A DNA stretch of 64,000 nucleotides from the human T2T-CHM13v2.0 reference genome, Homo sapiens. The first letter of the stretch is position 1; every line of letters starts with the position of its first letter. The position numbers were made by a program, and so were the translations under genes. A model generated the notes under the pieces. The model was not told the DNA's origin and searched no databases. It worked only from the letters and a program-made list of their open reading frames with translations. Below are positions 20,898 to 37,662 of this stretch, in pieces. The stretch is taken from assembly GCF_009914755.1 (NCBI RefSeq), contig NC_060944.1; one strand, 5' to 3'.

Positions 20898-22603
20898 TAG
20901 ATGGCTTTATTACATTAAGGTATGTCCCTTGTATGCCAATTTTCCTGAGAGTTTTAATCATAAAGGGATGCTGGATTTTGTAGAATGCTTTGTCTGCATC
21001 TATCGAGATGATCATGTGATTTTTGTTCTTAATTCTGTTTATGTGGTTATCACATGTATTGACTTGCATATGTTAAACCATTTCTGCATCCCTGGTATGA
21101 AACCCACTTGATTAGGGTGGATTATCTTTTTGATATGTTGTTGGATTCGACTAGCTAGTACTTTGTTAAGGATTTTAGCATCTATGTTCATCAAGGATAT
21201 CGGTCTGTAGTTTTCTTTTTTGGTTATGTCCTTTCCTGGTTTTGGTATTGGGTGATGCTGGCCTCATAGAATGAATTAGGGAGGGTTCCTTCTTTCTCTA
21301 TCTTGTGGAATCCTTTGAATGTCTGGTAGAATTCTGCCATAAATCTGTCTGGTCCTGGACTTTTCTGTTGTCGGTAATTTTTAAATTACCATTTCAATCT
21401 CACTGCGTGTTATTCGTCTATTCAGGGTATCTAACTCTTCCTGATTTAAGCTAGGAGGGTTGTATTCTTCCAGGAATTTATCCATCTTTTCTAGGTTTTC
21501 TAGTTTATGTGCATAAAGGTGTTCATAGTAGGCTTGAATGATCTTTTGTATTTCAGTGGTGTCAGTTGTAACATCTCCTGTTTTGTTTCTTAGTGAACTT
21601 GTTTGGATTTTCTCTCTTCTTTTCTTGGTTAATCTTGTTAATGGTCTATCAGTTTTATTTATCTTTTCAAAGAACCAGCTTTTTGTTTCATTTATCTTTT
21701 GTATTTTTTGTTTGTTTGTTTCAATTTCATTTAGTTCTGCTCTGATCTTGGTTATTTTCTTTCTTCTGCTGGGTGTGGGTTTGGTTTGTTCTTGTCTCTC
21801 TAGTTCCTTGAGGTGTGACCTTAGATTATCTGTGCTCTTTCAGACTTTTTGATTTAGGCATTTAGGACTATGAATGTTCCTCTTAGTACCATCTTTGCTG
21901 TATCCCAGAGGTTTTGATAGGTTGTGTCGTTAGTCATTCAGTTTGATGAATTTTTAAATTTCCATCTTGATTTTGCTTTTGATCCAATGCTCACTCAGGA
22001 GCAGGTTATTTAATTTCCATGTATTTGCATGGTTTTGAAGGTTCCTTTTGGAGTTGATTTCCAGTTTTATTCCACTGTGGTCTGACAGAGTGCTTGATAT
22101 AATTTCAATTTTCTTAAATGTATTGAGGCTCATTTTATGGCCTATCATATGGTCTATCTTGGAGAAAGTTCCATGCACTGTTGAATAGAATGTGTATTCT
22201 GTGATTGTTGGATGAAATGTTCTGTATATATCTGTTAAGTCCATTTGTTCCAAGGTATAGTTTAAATCCATTGTTTATTTGTTGACTTTCTGTCTTGACC
22301 TGTCTAGTGCTGTCAGTGGAGTATTGAAGTCCCTCACTGCTATTGTGTTGCTGTCTATCTCATTTCTTAGGTCTATTAGTAATTGTTTTATAAATTTGGG
22401 ACCTCCAGTGTTAGGTGCATATATGTTTAGGACTGTGATATTTTCCTGTTGAACAAGGCCTTTTACTATTATATACTGTTCCTCTTTGTCTCTTTTAATC
22501 ACTGTTTCTTTAAAGTTTGTTTTGTCTGACATAAGAATAGCTACCCCTGCTTGCTTTTGGTGTCCATTTGCAGGAAATGTCTTTTTCCACCCCTTTACTT
22601 TAA

Positions 22604-23023
<420 letters not shown>

Positions 23024-25914
23024 TAAGTGGAGCATTTAGGCCGTTTACATTAAATGTTAGTATTGAAATGTGAGGGACCATTGCTTTCATTGTGCTCTTT
23101 GTTGCCTGTGTACTTTGGTTTTTGTTTTTGCTTTTTAACTTGTATTTTTGTTTTATAGGTCCTATGTGATTTATGCTTTAAACAAGTTCTGTTTTGATGT
23201 GTTTCCAGAATTTTTTTCAAGATTTAGAGCTCCTTTTAGCAGTTCTTGTAGTGGTGGTTTGGTAATGGCGAATTCTCTCAGCATTTGTTTGTCTGAAAAC
23301 AACTGTATCTTTCCTTCATATATGATGCTTAGTTTCGCTGGATACAAAATTCTTGGCTGATAATTGTTTTGTTTGAGGAGGCTGAAGATAGGGCCCCAAT
23401 CCCTACTAGCTTGTAGGGTTTCTGCTGAGAAATCTGCTGTTAATCTGATAGGTTTTCCTTTATAAGTTACCTGGTGCTTCTGTCTCACAGCTCTTAAGAT
23501 TCTTTCCTTCCTCTTGACTTTGGATAACCTGATGACAATGTGCCTAGGCAAAGATCTTTTTGCGATGAATTTCCCAGGTGTTCTTTGCGCTTCTTGTATT
23601 GGGATATCTAGGTCCCTCACAAGGCTGGGGAATTGTTCCTCGATTATTCCCCCAAATATGTTTTCCAGGCTTTTAGAATTCTCTTCTTAGGTACACCGAT
23701 TATTCTTAGGTTTGATTGTTTAACATAATCCCAGACTTCTTGGAGGCTTTGTTCATATTTTCTTGTTCTTTTTTCTTTGTCTTTGTTAGATTGGATTAAT
23801 TCAAAGACTTGTCCTTGAGCTCTGAATTTCTTTCTTCTATTTGTTCAATTCTATTGCTGAGAATTTACAGAGCATTTCACATTTCTAAAAGTGTGTCCAA
23901 AGTTTGCTAAATTTTTATTGTTTTTTTCTTTTAGCTATCTATTTCCATGAATATGTCTCCCTTCACTTCTTGTATCATTTTTTGGATTTCCTTGCATTGG
24001 GTCTCGCCTTTCTCTGGTCCCTCCCTGATTAGCTTGATAACTAACCTCCTGAATTATTTTGCAGGTAAATCAGGGGTTTCTTCTTGGTTTGGATCTATTG
24101 CTGGTGAACTAGTGTGATTTTCGGGAGGTGTTAAAGAGACTTGTTTTGTCACATTACCAGAGTTGGTTTTCTGGTTCCGTCTCGTTTGGGTAGGCTCTGT
24201 CATAGGGAAGGTCTAGGGCTGAAGACTGTTGTTCCGATTCTTTCATCCCACTGGCTGTTTCTTTAATGTAGTTCTCTATCCCTTTTCCTATGGATGTGGC
24301 TTCCTGTGAGCCGAACTGCAGTGATTTTTGTCTCTTTTCTGGGCCTAGCCACCCAGCGAGTCTACCCAGCTCTGGGCTGGCACTGGGGGTTGTCTGCACA
24401 GAGTCCTGTGATGTGAACTGTCTATGGGTCTCTCAGCCGTGGATACCAGCACCTGTTCCGGTGGAGGTGGCGGAGGGTGCACTGGAAGTCGTGAGGGTCC
24501 TTAGCTTTGGTGGCTTAATGCTCTATGTTTGTGCTGGTTGGCCTCCTGCCAGGAGGTGGCGCTTTCCAGAAAGCATCAGCTGTAGTAGCGTGGAGAGGTA
24601 CCGGTGTTGGGTGAGTCCCTAGAACTCCCAAGATTATATGCCCTTTGTCTTCCACCCAGGGTAGATAGGGAAGGACCATCTGGTGGGGGTGGGGCTAGGC
24701 GTGTCTGAGCTCAGACTCTCCTAGGGCGGGTCTTGCTGTGGCTGCTGTGGGGGATGGAGGTGAGATTCCCAGGTCACTGGAGTTGTGTACCTAGGAGGAT
24801 TATGGCTGCCTCTGCTGAATCCTGCAGGTTGTCAGGGAAGTGGGGGAAAGCCAGCAGTCACAGGCCTCACCCAGCTCCCACGCAAACTAAAGGGCCCGTC
24901 TCACTCCCACTGTGCCCCCACCAACAGCCCAGTCTGTTTTCAGGCTGCAGGTGACAGGCTTGAAAACTTGCCCGAGGCTATCCGCCTCCCAGCTGGGAGA
25001 GAAAAGGGCTTCAGTTCTTCCCCTGCTTGTGAAGTCTGCCCGCTGGATTCGCACCCTCCCCAAAGTTCTGGCCAGGAGGTTTCTTGCCCCATTCAAATTG
25101 TTACAAAATTCAGCTGGGGAATTCCTTCTCCCTGTGGAGTTTTATCCCCTGCTCCTCTAGCCACCCTTCTGATGGATCCCTGTTATGCCAGGCAGGAATG
25201 GGATGCTTGGGGACCCAGCGAGCTCCCAGGGCCTTTCTGCTACTTCCTGTACCCCTGTCTTTCGGTCGGCTCTCTAACTTGACTCAGCTCCAGGTAAAGT
25301 CAGAAACTTCCCCCACAAACAGAACTTCAGCTTCTCCACTGGGGGTGTGTGTTCACTTCCTCAGTTGGGGCACTGACAGTATTTGGGGTGTCTCCCCGGC
25401 CCTGCAGGAGCGCTCTGCTTCCTTCAGAGGATCTGTGCGTCCTCTTGGGAGTGCTGGTTTGTTCTTGTAGTGGATCTGGAGCTAAAATTCACAGTGTAAG
25501 CCCCCACATGCTGCTCTGTCCAGAGCTGCAATCTAGTCCTGCCTCCAGTCCGCCATGATCCCTTCTAATCTGCACTTAAATATTTTAAAGATGTTTAATC
25601 CCTGAAGCAGTCCCATGAGATGGATACTAATATTACGTCCATTAAGCAGATGAAGAAATGGAGGCAGGCAGACAGTATCCAAGGTCTCACTGCAGGGGAG
25701 ACAGGATTTGAACCTGGAAGTCTGGTTCAGAAGGCATCAAAACACACCAGGTGTGTCAAAAGCTTTAGGTCCCAAACTACTGAGCCCAGGGAAGGTGTCT
25801 CGTGATGCGGGGCTGACACACAAACCAAGTAAAGACACCAAGACCAAATGTCACTATTTTTGAGATTTAAAAATGTTAATTATATCAAGATAGAAGTTAT
25901 AGTCTTTTTCCTCC

Positions 25915-26545
25915 TCACTTTGGCGCCACTGCTAGGAAGAGCGGGGGAGCGGGCGTTGCACCGCGTCCGGGCCACGAGGGGGCGCGCAGACACCACCCAC
26001 CCCGCCGGGCAAGGCCACCCTCCCAGACGCCTGGCAGCCGGAAGAACCGCACGAACGCCTTCCGCAGAGCTGGTCCTCGGGAGCCCTCCAGCCCACCCAG
26101 GTCTTTCCTAGCCCCAAATCCTTCCCAGGGACGTCCTCGGGACAGGCAAACCTGCTGTAACATTCAGCTGATATAGGAGGTGGAACCCTCCTACAGTCAC
26201 AGAGACAGAAAGTGCCCCGAGGGCGTCGCTCTGGTCCTGGCGGAGATGGTCTCTGATGGTCTGCCTTGATGACTTATGGGGACACCTGTCGGGGGTTCTG
26301 CTAGAAAGAAAGATGCAGAGCGCCCCTCACGCACGCAAACTCTAGCTCTCACACCCAGACGTGCTCCAAACATTCCAAAGGGGCCAAAAACGACGTCTGG
26401 CTTTTCCGCGGCGCCTCCTGGCCCTGGCGGTGACTCCGAGGTGGCGCTTTCAGGGTGGGCGCGAGGGAGAGGAAAGCCTCTGGCATCCTCACCCCCGGGG
26501 CCAGAGGGACAGCGGGTGCCCTCCGCCCCGAGTCACCTGCGTCTT
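25915..26545. promoter_or_regulatory. Orphan CpG-rich island with CTCF motifs
   Basis: Dense CpG and high GC; CCACGAGGGGGCGC at 25972-25985 and CTCCGAGGTGGCGC at 26434-26447. Confidence 0.65.
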
Positions 26546-26829
26546 GAATTCTGTCCCTCCAAGGAGAGGGCAATGCCTGAGCCCACGGAAGTTGGGTCAG
26601 GGGCAGCATTGGAAGTCAGAGCCTGCAATGCTCACGTAAATGCAAAAGATGGTTCCTTCAGTGCCAGTAAGAAGGCTGTCTTGAACATGAGGAATACAGC
26701 AGCAAGCAAGACAGAGAGGTGCCTGCTTTCTGGGGAGACAACAAACAGATAAATAAGCACAACACTGTCCTGCCAAGCTAAGTGACATCAATGAAACAAG
26801 GCAAGGTAATAAGAAGAGGCTGGGAAAAG

Positions 26830-27534
26830 GCTTAGCTGTGATTTTGCTTTCTGCAGTTTGAGTTGCCTATGTTCAACCGAGGTTCAAAAATATTAAATGG
26901 AACATTTCAGAAATAAACAATCCTAAGTTTAAATTGCATGCCATTCTGAGCAGCGTGATGATATCTTGCGCCATCTCTCCCAGTCCTGCCCCGGAGATGA
27001 ATCATCCCTTTGTCCAGCGTGTCCACACGGTACATGCTCCAGGCCCGTTAGTTACTTAGTAGCCATCTCAGTTTTTCGGATGACGTCGAGGTATGGCAGG
27101 GTTTGTGTTCAAAGTCACCCTTGTTTTACTTAACAATAGCTTCAAAGCACAAGCATAGTGATGCTGGCAATTTGGATATGCCAAAGAGAAGCTACAAGGT
27201 GCTTTAAGGGGAAAAGTGAAAGTTGTGGACTTAATCAGCAACCTTAGCTGAGGTTGCTAAGATCTGTGATAACAAGGAAGCTTTGATTCATGAAATTCTG
27301 GAGATGGAAAAAAGAAATATATGCTAGTTTTGCTGTCACACCTCGGACTGCAAAGTAATGGCCATGGTGCATGATAAGAGCTTAGTTAAGATGGAAAAGG
27401 CATTAACTCTGTGGATAAAAACATGAAGAGACATGTGTTCTGATTGATGGCAATAAGGATCAGTATTATCCGTGGTCCCAGGCATGCACTGGAGGTGTTG
27501 GAATGTATCCCCCATGGATAAGGGGAGACTATCG
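26830..27534 (+). mobile_element. MER44 (Tigger7-derived) DNA transposon fossil
   Basis: aaaatattaaatggaacatttcagaaataaacaat; 3' TIR atcccccatggataaggggagactat. Confidence 0.8.
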
Positions 27535-28080
27535 TATCCTTGATTGGGGCATTGCTACATGGATGTATACGTTTGGCCAAACTCTCCAAACTGAACACTT
27601 AAGATAGGTGTGTTTCATTGTACGCACATTTTTCAATAAAAATCTTTTCTATATAAGAAGAAGAATAGCTGGGAAAGGAAGACATTAACTAGGGTGATCA
27701 GGATGGTCTCTTTGCAAAGGGGACATTTAAGCTGAGACCTGAAAAGTGAGAATGAACTAGAAGGAGTTAGCCATGCCAGGATCTTGTCTCTTCCTGCCAA
27801 GATGCTGCAGGCAGAGGAAACGCTGCATTGGAAGGGCCCCCGGTGAGAATGCAATGAGGGCATGGGGAGACCGTTGTGAGCAAAGGGAGCAGGAGGGCAG
27901 GTACGCAAGAGGAGGTTGAGGCTGTAGCCAGGGGCTGCTGATGAGGTACTTGAAGTCTGTCTAGGTCTAAGTTCATTCTAAGTGCAATTGGAAGTCACTG
28001 GGGGACCACATGGAGGAAAGATACAGGTCCCCAACCCGATCAGCCTTGGGACCACCTCCAGGCAGAGTCTAAAGAAGGAT

Positions 28081-28622
28081 AGCCAGGCACGGTGGATCAC
28101 GCCTATAATCCCAGCATTTTGGGAGGCTGAGGCAGGCAGATTGCTTGAGCTCAGGAATTCGAGACCAGCCTGGGCAACATGGTGAAGCCCCATATCTACA
28201 AAAAATACAAAAATTAGCTGGGCATAGATATGCCTGTAGTCCCAACTACTCAGGTGGCTGAGGCAGGAGGATAGCCTGAGCCCAGGAGGTTAAGTCTGCA
28301 GTGAACCGACATTCTGCCACTCCACTCCAGCCTATATGACAGAGCAAGACCCTGTCTCAAAAAGGAGAAAAAATAAATAAATAAATAAATAAATAAATAA
28401 AATATAGCCTAAATTCCAAATACCAAATACCAGAGACCAAAATTATTGGCCTTGTTAAGGGAACATCTCAATGTTTGAAATGTCATTGCATTTTTCTTTG
28501 TTTGTAGAGACGGGGTCTCGCTATGTTGCCCAAGCTGGCCTCGAATTCCCAGGCTCAAGCAATACTCCCACCCCAGCCTCTTGAGTAGCTGATACTACAG
28601 GCAGGCTCCACCGCTCCCAGCT
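28081..28622. mobile_element. AluJ (+, 28081-28400) and FLAM (-, 28490-28622)
   Basis: Alu consensus. Confidence 0.85.
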
Positions 28623-30039
28623 TACTAGACTGTGTAACGGGTCATTTTCTGTACTAGCTTGTTGTGGTTACAAACCAGCCAAATGGCTTACGTTTGTATT
28701 TATTTTCTATTCCATACGTCTCCGCCCAATGTTTTTCCTCTCAAAATCCCTTCCTTTAAAAAATAAATCTGTTGCAGATGTGGGGAAAAAAAAAAAAAAG
28801 AGCCAGAAGAAAAGGGACAAAGCCGAGTGCTATCAGCAGGAAGGGCATTGCCCAGCCACTGGCCTGAATTCTGTGAATACCCCCACCTCGGGGTCCACAG
28901 GATGGGCCTAAGGAGGTCTGGCATTCCAGGGAACAGACACCTGGTTGGTCCACACAGGGAAAACTAGGGGTTTCTGTAATGTCAGCAGGTGGCTGAAAAC
29001 TCCAGAGTGCCTGCAAAATGCTTTCCCTCATACTTTCTATCTGGCAGGTACCTTGGAGTTGACAGCCATGTGCTCAGAGGAGAATGAAGCAAACCAACCA
29101 AAAGCCAACCCCAAACACCCAATGGCCTGAGCTCCTCAGAGCAAGAAAAGTCAAGTTGAATATCTCAGATGGGGCCGTCAGAGAATGGAGATGACCTCAT
29201 CCACAGTGGGACAAGTTGGAGCAGATCACTTGGATGGAAAGCAAGGAAATAGAGGGGCAATTTCAGCATGTCCCTCAGGCTTCCACAGAGGAAGGTTTGG
29301 CCTTCCAAATTCCCAAAGGGCTCCTCTCCTGGGACGCACTGTCTCTGCAGAGGTGAAAACACTCTTTCTTGTCTCTCTCTGCCTGGGATCTTAATTGTTT
29401 CCAGTGTCAAATGAAGGACTGAGGAAAGAACCAAAGCTTCCCCAGTTCACTAACTGCTCTGGGATTTACCCAGAATTTTGACAGCATTGAGATTTGGAGT
29501 TGGCTTAGAAGAAGAGAAGAAGGGAAGTGGAGGTGCTGAGAGCTGGTCTGGAGTTAGCCCTGCTTCAGCCACATTCACTTCCCTTTGTCTCTCATGACCG
29601 GGCAATGCAGTAGGCTTCCCATGTTGTGTATCTTCTTGTCTATTAAACAGGGTTATCCAACTGATTGAGGGCATTTCTTTTTTTTTTTTTTTCCAACCTC
29701 ACTTTTTCCAAACTAGTTTAGATCTTCCAGAGTGTGGTAGGCTGAAAAATGTCCCCCAAAAATATCAGGTCCTAATCCCTGAAACCTATGAATATTGTCT
29801 TATATGGGAAAAGGGTCTTTGCAAATTGGGTTAAGTCAAGGATCTTGAGAGAGGGAGGTTATTTTGGATTATTAATATTTAGGTGGACCTTAAATAAATT
29901 CCAAGAATGTCATCTGGAGTGGAGGAAAAAGGTATTTCTTTTTAGGATGTCCAGGAAATTAAAAGATGATGAAATGCCAAAACAAGTTCACAAAAGTGCA
30001 GAATAGTTTAAATATTGACATCTAATATCCACTCACCAT

Positions 30040-30790
<751 letters not shown>

Positions 30791-31399
30791 CCTATTGCAT
30801 CTCATTTAGTGAGAATGTCAAAAGCATGTATTAAAGGCCCTTCATGAATTTGATCCTGAGTCAAATGGCCCTCCTGGCCCTCTCATATCAGGAGGCAACT
30901 GGGGCAGAGTTGGAAAGCTGACCCAAGCCATGGTGTAGTTTCAGTGGCTTGAAGGTGATGGAATGCATAGCCGTGTGTGCGAAAATGACCACATGGGCCT
31001 GTGGGACAATTGTGCAGCCAAATGCCTGCCAGACCTTGAGGCAGGTGTGCTCCCCTGCTGGGACTTCAGGAGAGAGGCCCTGCTGCCTCCGCACCTTCCA
31101 GGCCCCGGGGACATCCAGGGTGTTCTGCTGAGGTGGAAGGGTTGTGCCCTATCAGCCAAGGGCATGCACCTCACCTGCAGTGGCTGGAATGATGGAGATG
31201 CAGGAGTAATGAACTTTATCTCAGGGAGGGGGCAAACCTAGGTTCCACAACTAGTATCTGCCCCAAATGTCAAGCCCCAAGCCAAACCCTTGTGACTAAA
31301 GAAACCTTCAACAAATCTTGTAAGGCCAGCAGCTCCCCTCCATTTGTTTTTGGGTGGGGAAACACATGTGTTTTCTTCTGTAATCTTCTAAACATATAG

Positions 31400-31719
<320 letters not shown>

Positions 31720-32833
31720 TAAAGTCTTAATAATCTCAAACTATAGAGCAAAAGGATATAGGCATGGCCTGGGGGACCAGTTTAACTTTAGTTAGACTGA
31801 GTTAACTAGAGTAGAGATAACCAAGTGGTGGCCTACAAGCCAATACAAGTGATAATCTTTTCCTGTCTACCACAGTTTTTAAAAACCAGAGATTCTGATA
31901 ATAATCTGGGTTTCTGGGTTTCTGGATTTTCTTGAAAAATCAGGAATTCCTGAATCCCATGGAACTTTCACTTCTACAGGGCAGCATTGCCTGAGAAGTC
32001 AGAATTTGCAATCCTGCTAGTAGCAGAAAGTCAGTCCAAAAGAGGAAGGTGTGGTTTGCAGGAAAGAGGAAATAAAGATGGGGAGAGTGTGTGTGTGTGC
32101 TACATGAACCCCAGGAGATGACGAAGACAGACCCCTGCTGACAACCAGCACCAGGCTGAGAGTCACCCCGGAGACAAGTCCTCAGGGAGATACAATGGAT
32201 AGAACGCTGGGGGAGACTGAACATATGAAAGGTTTAGAGAATTTGGGACAAATATGGGCTGAATTCATGAAAAATACATTGAAAACCTAAGCAAACAGAA
32301 GGACAATTTTTAACTTCAAGGAAAACAAAAAGTTGTGCTAAAAATGGAAAAATAAGCCAAATACAGTATACATTCAGCTTTAGAGAGCATGTTTATACAA
32401 TTATACAACATAAAGGCAGATGTGCGCTAACCAAAAATTATGATTGGCAGGACGGAGACCCAAGAATTGGGGAGGGAGGTAGAGAAAGATAAGGCCCCAG
32501 ATGAGCAAATCAGGAAGAGAAACACCAACATGCTACTTACAGATAAGATGGCAAGTACCAAAGAATCAGCTAGAAGAATTGAAGGCCGTGGGAAGGAAGG
32601 GGAGGTAGAGCGTGGTAGGAGCAAAAGAGAGCTGGTTTTGTTTGACTTTCTTAACCATGTGCGTGTCTATCATTGAAGAAAAGACAAACTGTGTTTTGAA
32701 AAAAGTTAATTGATCACAAGTAAAGCCGCCACCCCCAGCCCCCATCCTTGCCTCACGATAACCCTTAACAATTATATCCTTCCAACGGTTTATATATATA
32801 TATATAAAGACCGTTGGGGTTTAGAGTCATTTA

Positions 32834-33195
<362 letters not shown>

Positions 33196-33904
33196 GGCTT
33201 AAGATCTCTTAGAGTCTATTGAGATCTATGTATCTATTAATATATGTAAGGATTTTATATATATACAAAGATCAACTTTTGTGTGTATATGATACATAAA
33301 TAGTATCATCATGTATGTATCTTTCACCAACTATCTATTTTCACTTAACATTATGTCTTGGCATCTACTTTCAGCTAGTAGAATTGGTGGGGTGACAGGT
33401 CTGTAGGCTTTAATATCCTTCCTCTACAAATTCTGAATGAAGAAATTATTACACAGACCCATCTTTATTACCAGGACTTGAATCTCATTTATGTAGTCCA
33501 TTGAAACTAAAATGTTATCTTTCAATATGTCCCCCCAAAAAAGACAGTATTCTGGATCTTGAATTTTCTGGGAGATGCATTTTTGGAGCATCCTTCTTGA
33601 GGGGATAAAGCAGTTTAAGTCATTGTCCCTGAGCATAATTCATTTATAATATCCCACATGAATTCTTGTCCTTTAAGTAGCTACTCCTGGGACTTTGCCC
33701 CCCTCTTTTTCAACATGCTTAATGTCACACTGGCCTGAAGAGCAACTTTACTGCTGCAGGGGTAACTTATATTTCATCTCATAAAGCACCAAATCTGCAT
33801 TATTTTTTACCTCAATTCCGGATGAATTTTGGTGATTAAAATGAGAAAAACATGGCTCGTGGTCCTCAAGTGGATTTTTGGATACCGGTTCAAAAGTGGA
33901 ATAA

Positions 33905-34347
<443 letters not shown>

Positions 34348-36122
34348 ACAGTTGAGTATCTTAATAATGTTTTATCATTATTTAGGGTTTAGGGTTTAAG
34401 ATTGGAGTTATTAGAGTTTAGAGCCCTTGGGATCATAGTCAAAGTTACATTTGGGAACAAGAAAGTCTCAGCGTAGTCTCTGTCACTCTTCTTGTATCAT
34501 TGGGATTATTAGGGTGAAGGTATCTGATCATTAAGAAGAGAGATGTAGGGTTCGGATTCTGGTCACGATGTATGTGGATCTGCTCCAACTTCTTCACAGA
34601 GTTTAGAGCTCAGGATCATTTGTTTGTGGTAATTAGGCCTTTAGGGTTGTCATTGTCAAGGGGTTCAGGGTCAAACATCCATTAATTTATCATCATTTGG
34701 AATTTGGGGTCTTCTGTTGCAACACCAACAGGATCCCTAAATCAAGGTTAAAGTCCAAGTATACAAACAGAGCTCTGGTCTTTGGGTAACAGATGAGTCA
34801 TTGAGGTATGGAATAATGAGGGTCAGGACAGGTCACTGACGAGGTGTCTGCTCCATTGCCTGTTAGGGTTTAGGATTGTTGAGTCCTTAATGTCCAGGGC
34901 GTTGGAGTTAGCATTAATGTTGTTGAGGCTGAGAAGGTTGGGTTCATTAGACTTGGGTTCCTTTGCAACTATTTAAGGCCACTTTGGGTTTAGGATAATT
35001 TTGGATCAATTAGAATAGTTTAGAATAATTTGGGTATTTTAGGTGCAATTATGATTTCTTGGATCTTTTAGAGTCTTTTGGACTGTTGGGGTGTAGAGTC
35101 ATTTCCAGCAAGTTTAAATTTTTAAGGGCCCTTAGGGAGGTATAAGGCTTAAGATCTCTTAGAGTCTATCGAGATACTTAGGGTCATTTAGAGTTGTTTG
35201 GGTTAGTTTAGGGTCATGTGAGATAATCTGGGGCTTAAGGTTTTAAGCATCATTTAAGAAACTTTAGCATGTTTAGAGTTGTTTAGGATTTAGGATTGTC
35301 TGGGATCTCTGAGGGTGTTTTAGAATTTAGGGTAGTTTTAATTGACTTAGGATCCTTTGGGTTTATATAGCTTCTAGCTTTGCTATTCCAAGTGTGGCCT
35401 GTGGATCAGCAGCATCCACATCCCCTGGGAGTTGGTAGGAAGGCAGTGTCTCAAACCGCACCCTAGGTCTGCTAAATCTGAGTCAATGTTCTAACAAGAT
35501 CCTCTCCAGAATCACAAAACTTGCATATTCAAGTTCTGTGGTAGTTTACAGGCATCTGAGGCCACTTCTAGGTATTAGGTCTCTAAGGTTGTTAGATACA
35601 TTACCATAGGGTCATTTAAATGATTGGATTCTTTAGTGTGCTTAGACTCTAAAGAATATCCTGAAATTATTCATTCAGGATATTTTATGCATTTAGAGTT
35701 AGGATTGTTTAGGGTTCAAATGTCTTGAAAGTCTTACAGAGATTTTTAAGGTTTAGGTTCTATTTTGATTGCTTAGAGCTTTTTAGGGGTGGTTTATGTC
35801 ACTTGGCACCATTTATAGTCATGGAAGATTATTTAGCATTTAAAGTTGTTTTGAGTAATTTATACCTCTTCAGAATCTCTAAGAGCGTCTGAAGTCTTAT
35901 ACCACTTTGGGTAGTTTAGGATCACAAAGGATTTAGGACCATTTGAGGTGATTTCGATAGCATGGGATCATGTAAGTTCATTTTAAGAAGGATTACACTT
36001 GTTAGTGAGTTTGGGTCAGGACTTAGAGGCTGTTAGCATTGGCACACTTGGTGTTTGAGGTCTTCATGTTTATGGTACATTTGGATATTTATTCGTTCAC
36101 TACACAAATATTATCAAGGTGT

Positions 36123-36784
36123 TGTAAATCAAAGAAAATGACCGAGATGGGTCTCAATCATTTTAAGAGGTTTATTTGTCAAGGTTAAGGACACAACCAG
36201 GAAAAGAACACAGAAGCTCAGGAAAAATCTGTGGTCCTTTGCTTTTTCCAAAGGGCATCTGGAGACCTCAATATTTAAAGGGGAAAAAAGCAACTATTGC
36301 GGGAAAAAGGAAGGAACTTTACAAAAGGGTGGGCAATGAGAAAGGCAAGCAGTTGCATTCTTTTGAGTCTTCTTCTATCAGCGTTCACTGAATACACATT
36401 ATACATGCAAGAAAAGGGTAGAGGAATAGTCACTTATGCATTCGTCTGATGCTCAGTGAATCAGCATTTTTACATAAGGTAAAATAAACTTAGGGCAGAG
36501 GAAGCAGTCAGGTGGACAGAGAGATGACTTTTAGTTCTGTCCTTTGTCCTATCCGTGTGAAGGTCAGGGTGAAATTCAATAGAACTCTTTTAAGGTAAAG
36601 ATCTTGGGACCCACAAGGAATTTCCTTGTGGGCACATTGTGAGGGAAGTATGTAGCTCTTTTTATCTTTGCAGCTATCTTTTTCTGAACAAAATGGGAAG
36701 CAGGTTTGCATGACCCATTTCCTAACTTGACTTTTCCCTTTGCCTTAGTGAGTTGGGGGTCCTGAGGTTTATTTTCCTTTCACA
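36123..36784 (-). mobile_element. MER4-family ERV1 solo LTR inside an L2 fragment
   Basis: Minus start TGTGAAAGGAAAATAAACCTCAGGACCCC; 4-bp TSD GTGT. Confidence 0.85.
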
Positions 36785-37163
36785 GTGTCTACCAAGAATC
36801 AGGTGCTGCTCTAGGTGGTTGGGATGCCTTCACAGAGCTTAGGTTCTAGTGGAGGAGATACATAAGTCAACGAATACATTCAGACTGAAAAAAAGCACTT
36901 AGAAGAGTGTGGAAGCAGAGGATAGCTGGCAGGAGAGCAGCTGATTTGGGTGTTCGGGGAAGGCCTTGCTAGGAAGGAAGAGTTGAGCTGAGACCTGAAT
37001 CAAAAAGGAGGCAAGCATGTGATGAGCTTGGGTGAAGAGTATCCCAAAAAGACCAAGTGGCAAGTGCAAGTCCCAGAAGCAGGACAGGTCTGGACATGCT
37101 TGAAGAGCAGCAAGGCCAGTGTAGCTGATCCCAAGAGGAGGCCTGAGGAAGACCATGTAGGTC

Positions 37164-37662
37164 TGAAACTGACCCAGTTGTCCCATAGAGCTGATGTTTA
37201 TGGTTTCTTTGAATAAACAGAGAAATTGATCCTCCCAGTCTTAAAACCTGAGAAAATGACACTTGTCTTATCTGAGTTCCTTTCTCAGGAAACCAGCTAT
37301 CAGGCCTTCTAGATAGCATCAAGGATCTGACACTCACCAGATCATTGTATCTAGACAATGAGAGGCAAAACCCCCTTACCCATCATGATTGTCTAAGCAA
37401 CCACCTGCTTCCCGTTAATCAACTCTTCTTGCTTACCCCTTGCTAATTCCTGTTTTCCCACACATGGTTACATTTATTTCCTGCTATATAAACTCCTAAT
37501 TTTAGTTGCTCAGGGAGATGGATTTGAGACTGATCTTCCGTCTTCTTAGCTGCAGCACCTGATGAAAGCCTTCTTCCTTGGCAAGGCTCATTGTCTCAGT
37601 GATTGGTTTTCTGGGAGGCGAGCAGTAGGACATAGACTGAACCCCTGGTTGGTTCAGTAGCA
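37164..37662 (+). mobile_element. ERV1 solo LTR (LTR26-like)
   Basis: TGAAACTGACCCAG...CA termini; 4-bp TSD GGTC. Confidence 0.7.

Noticed and set aside
26276-26752. 158-aa ORF in the CpG island
   Set aside because: Stop-poor GC-rich DNA, no homology, no splice support.
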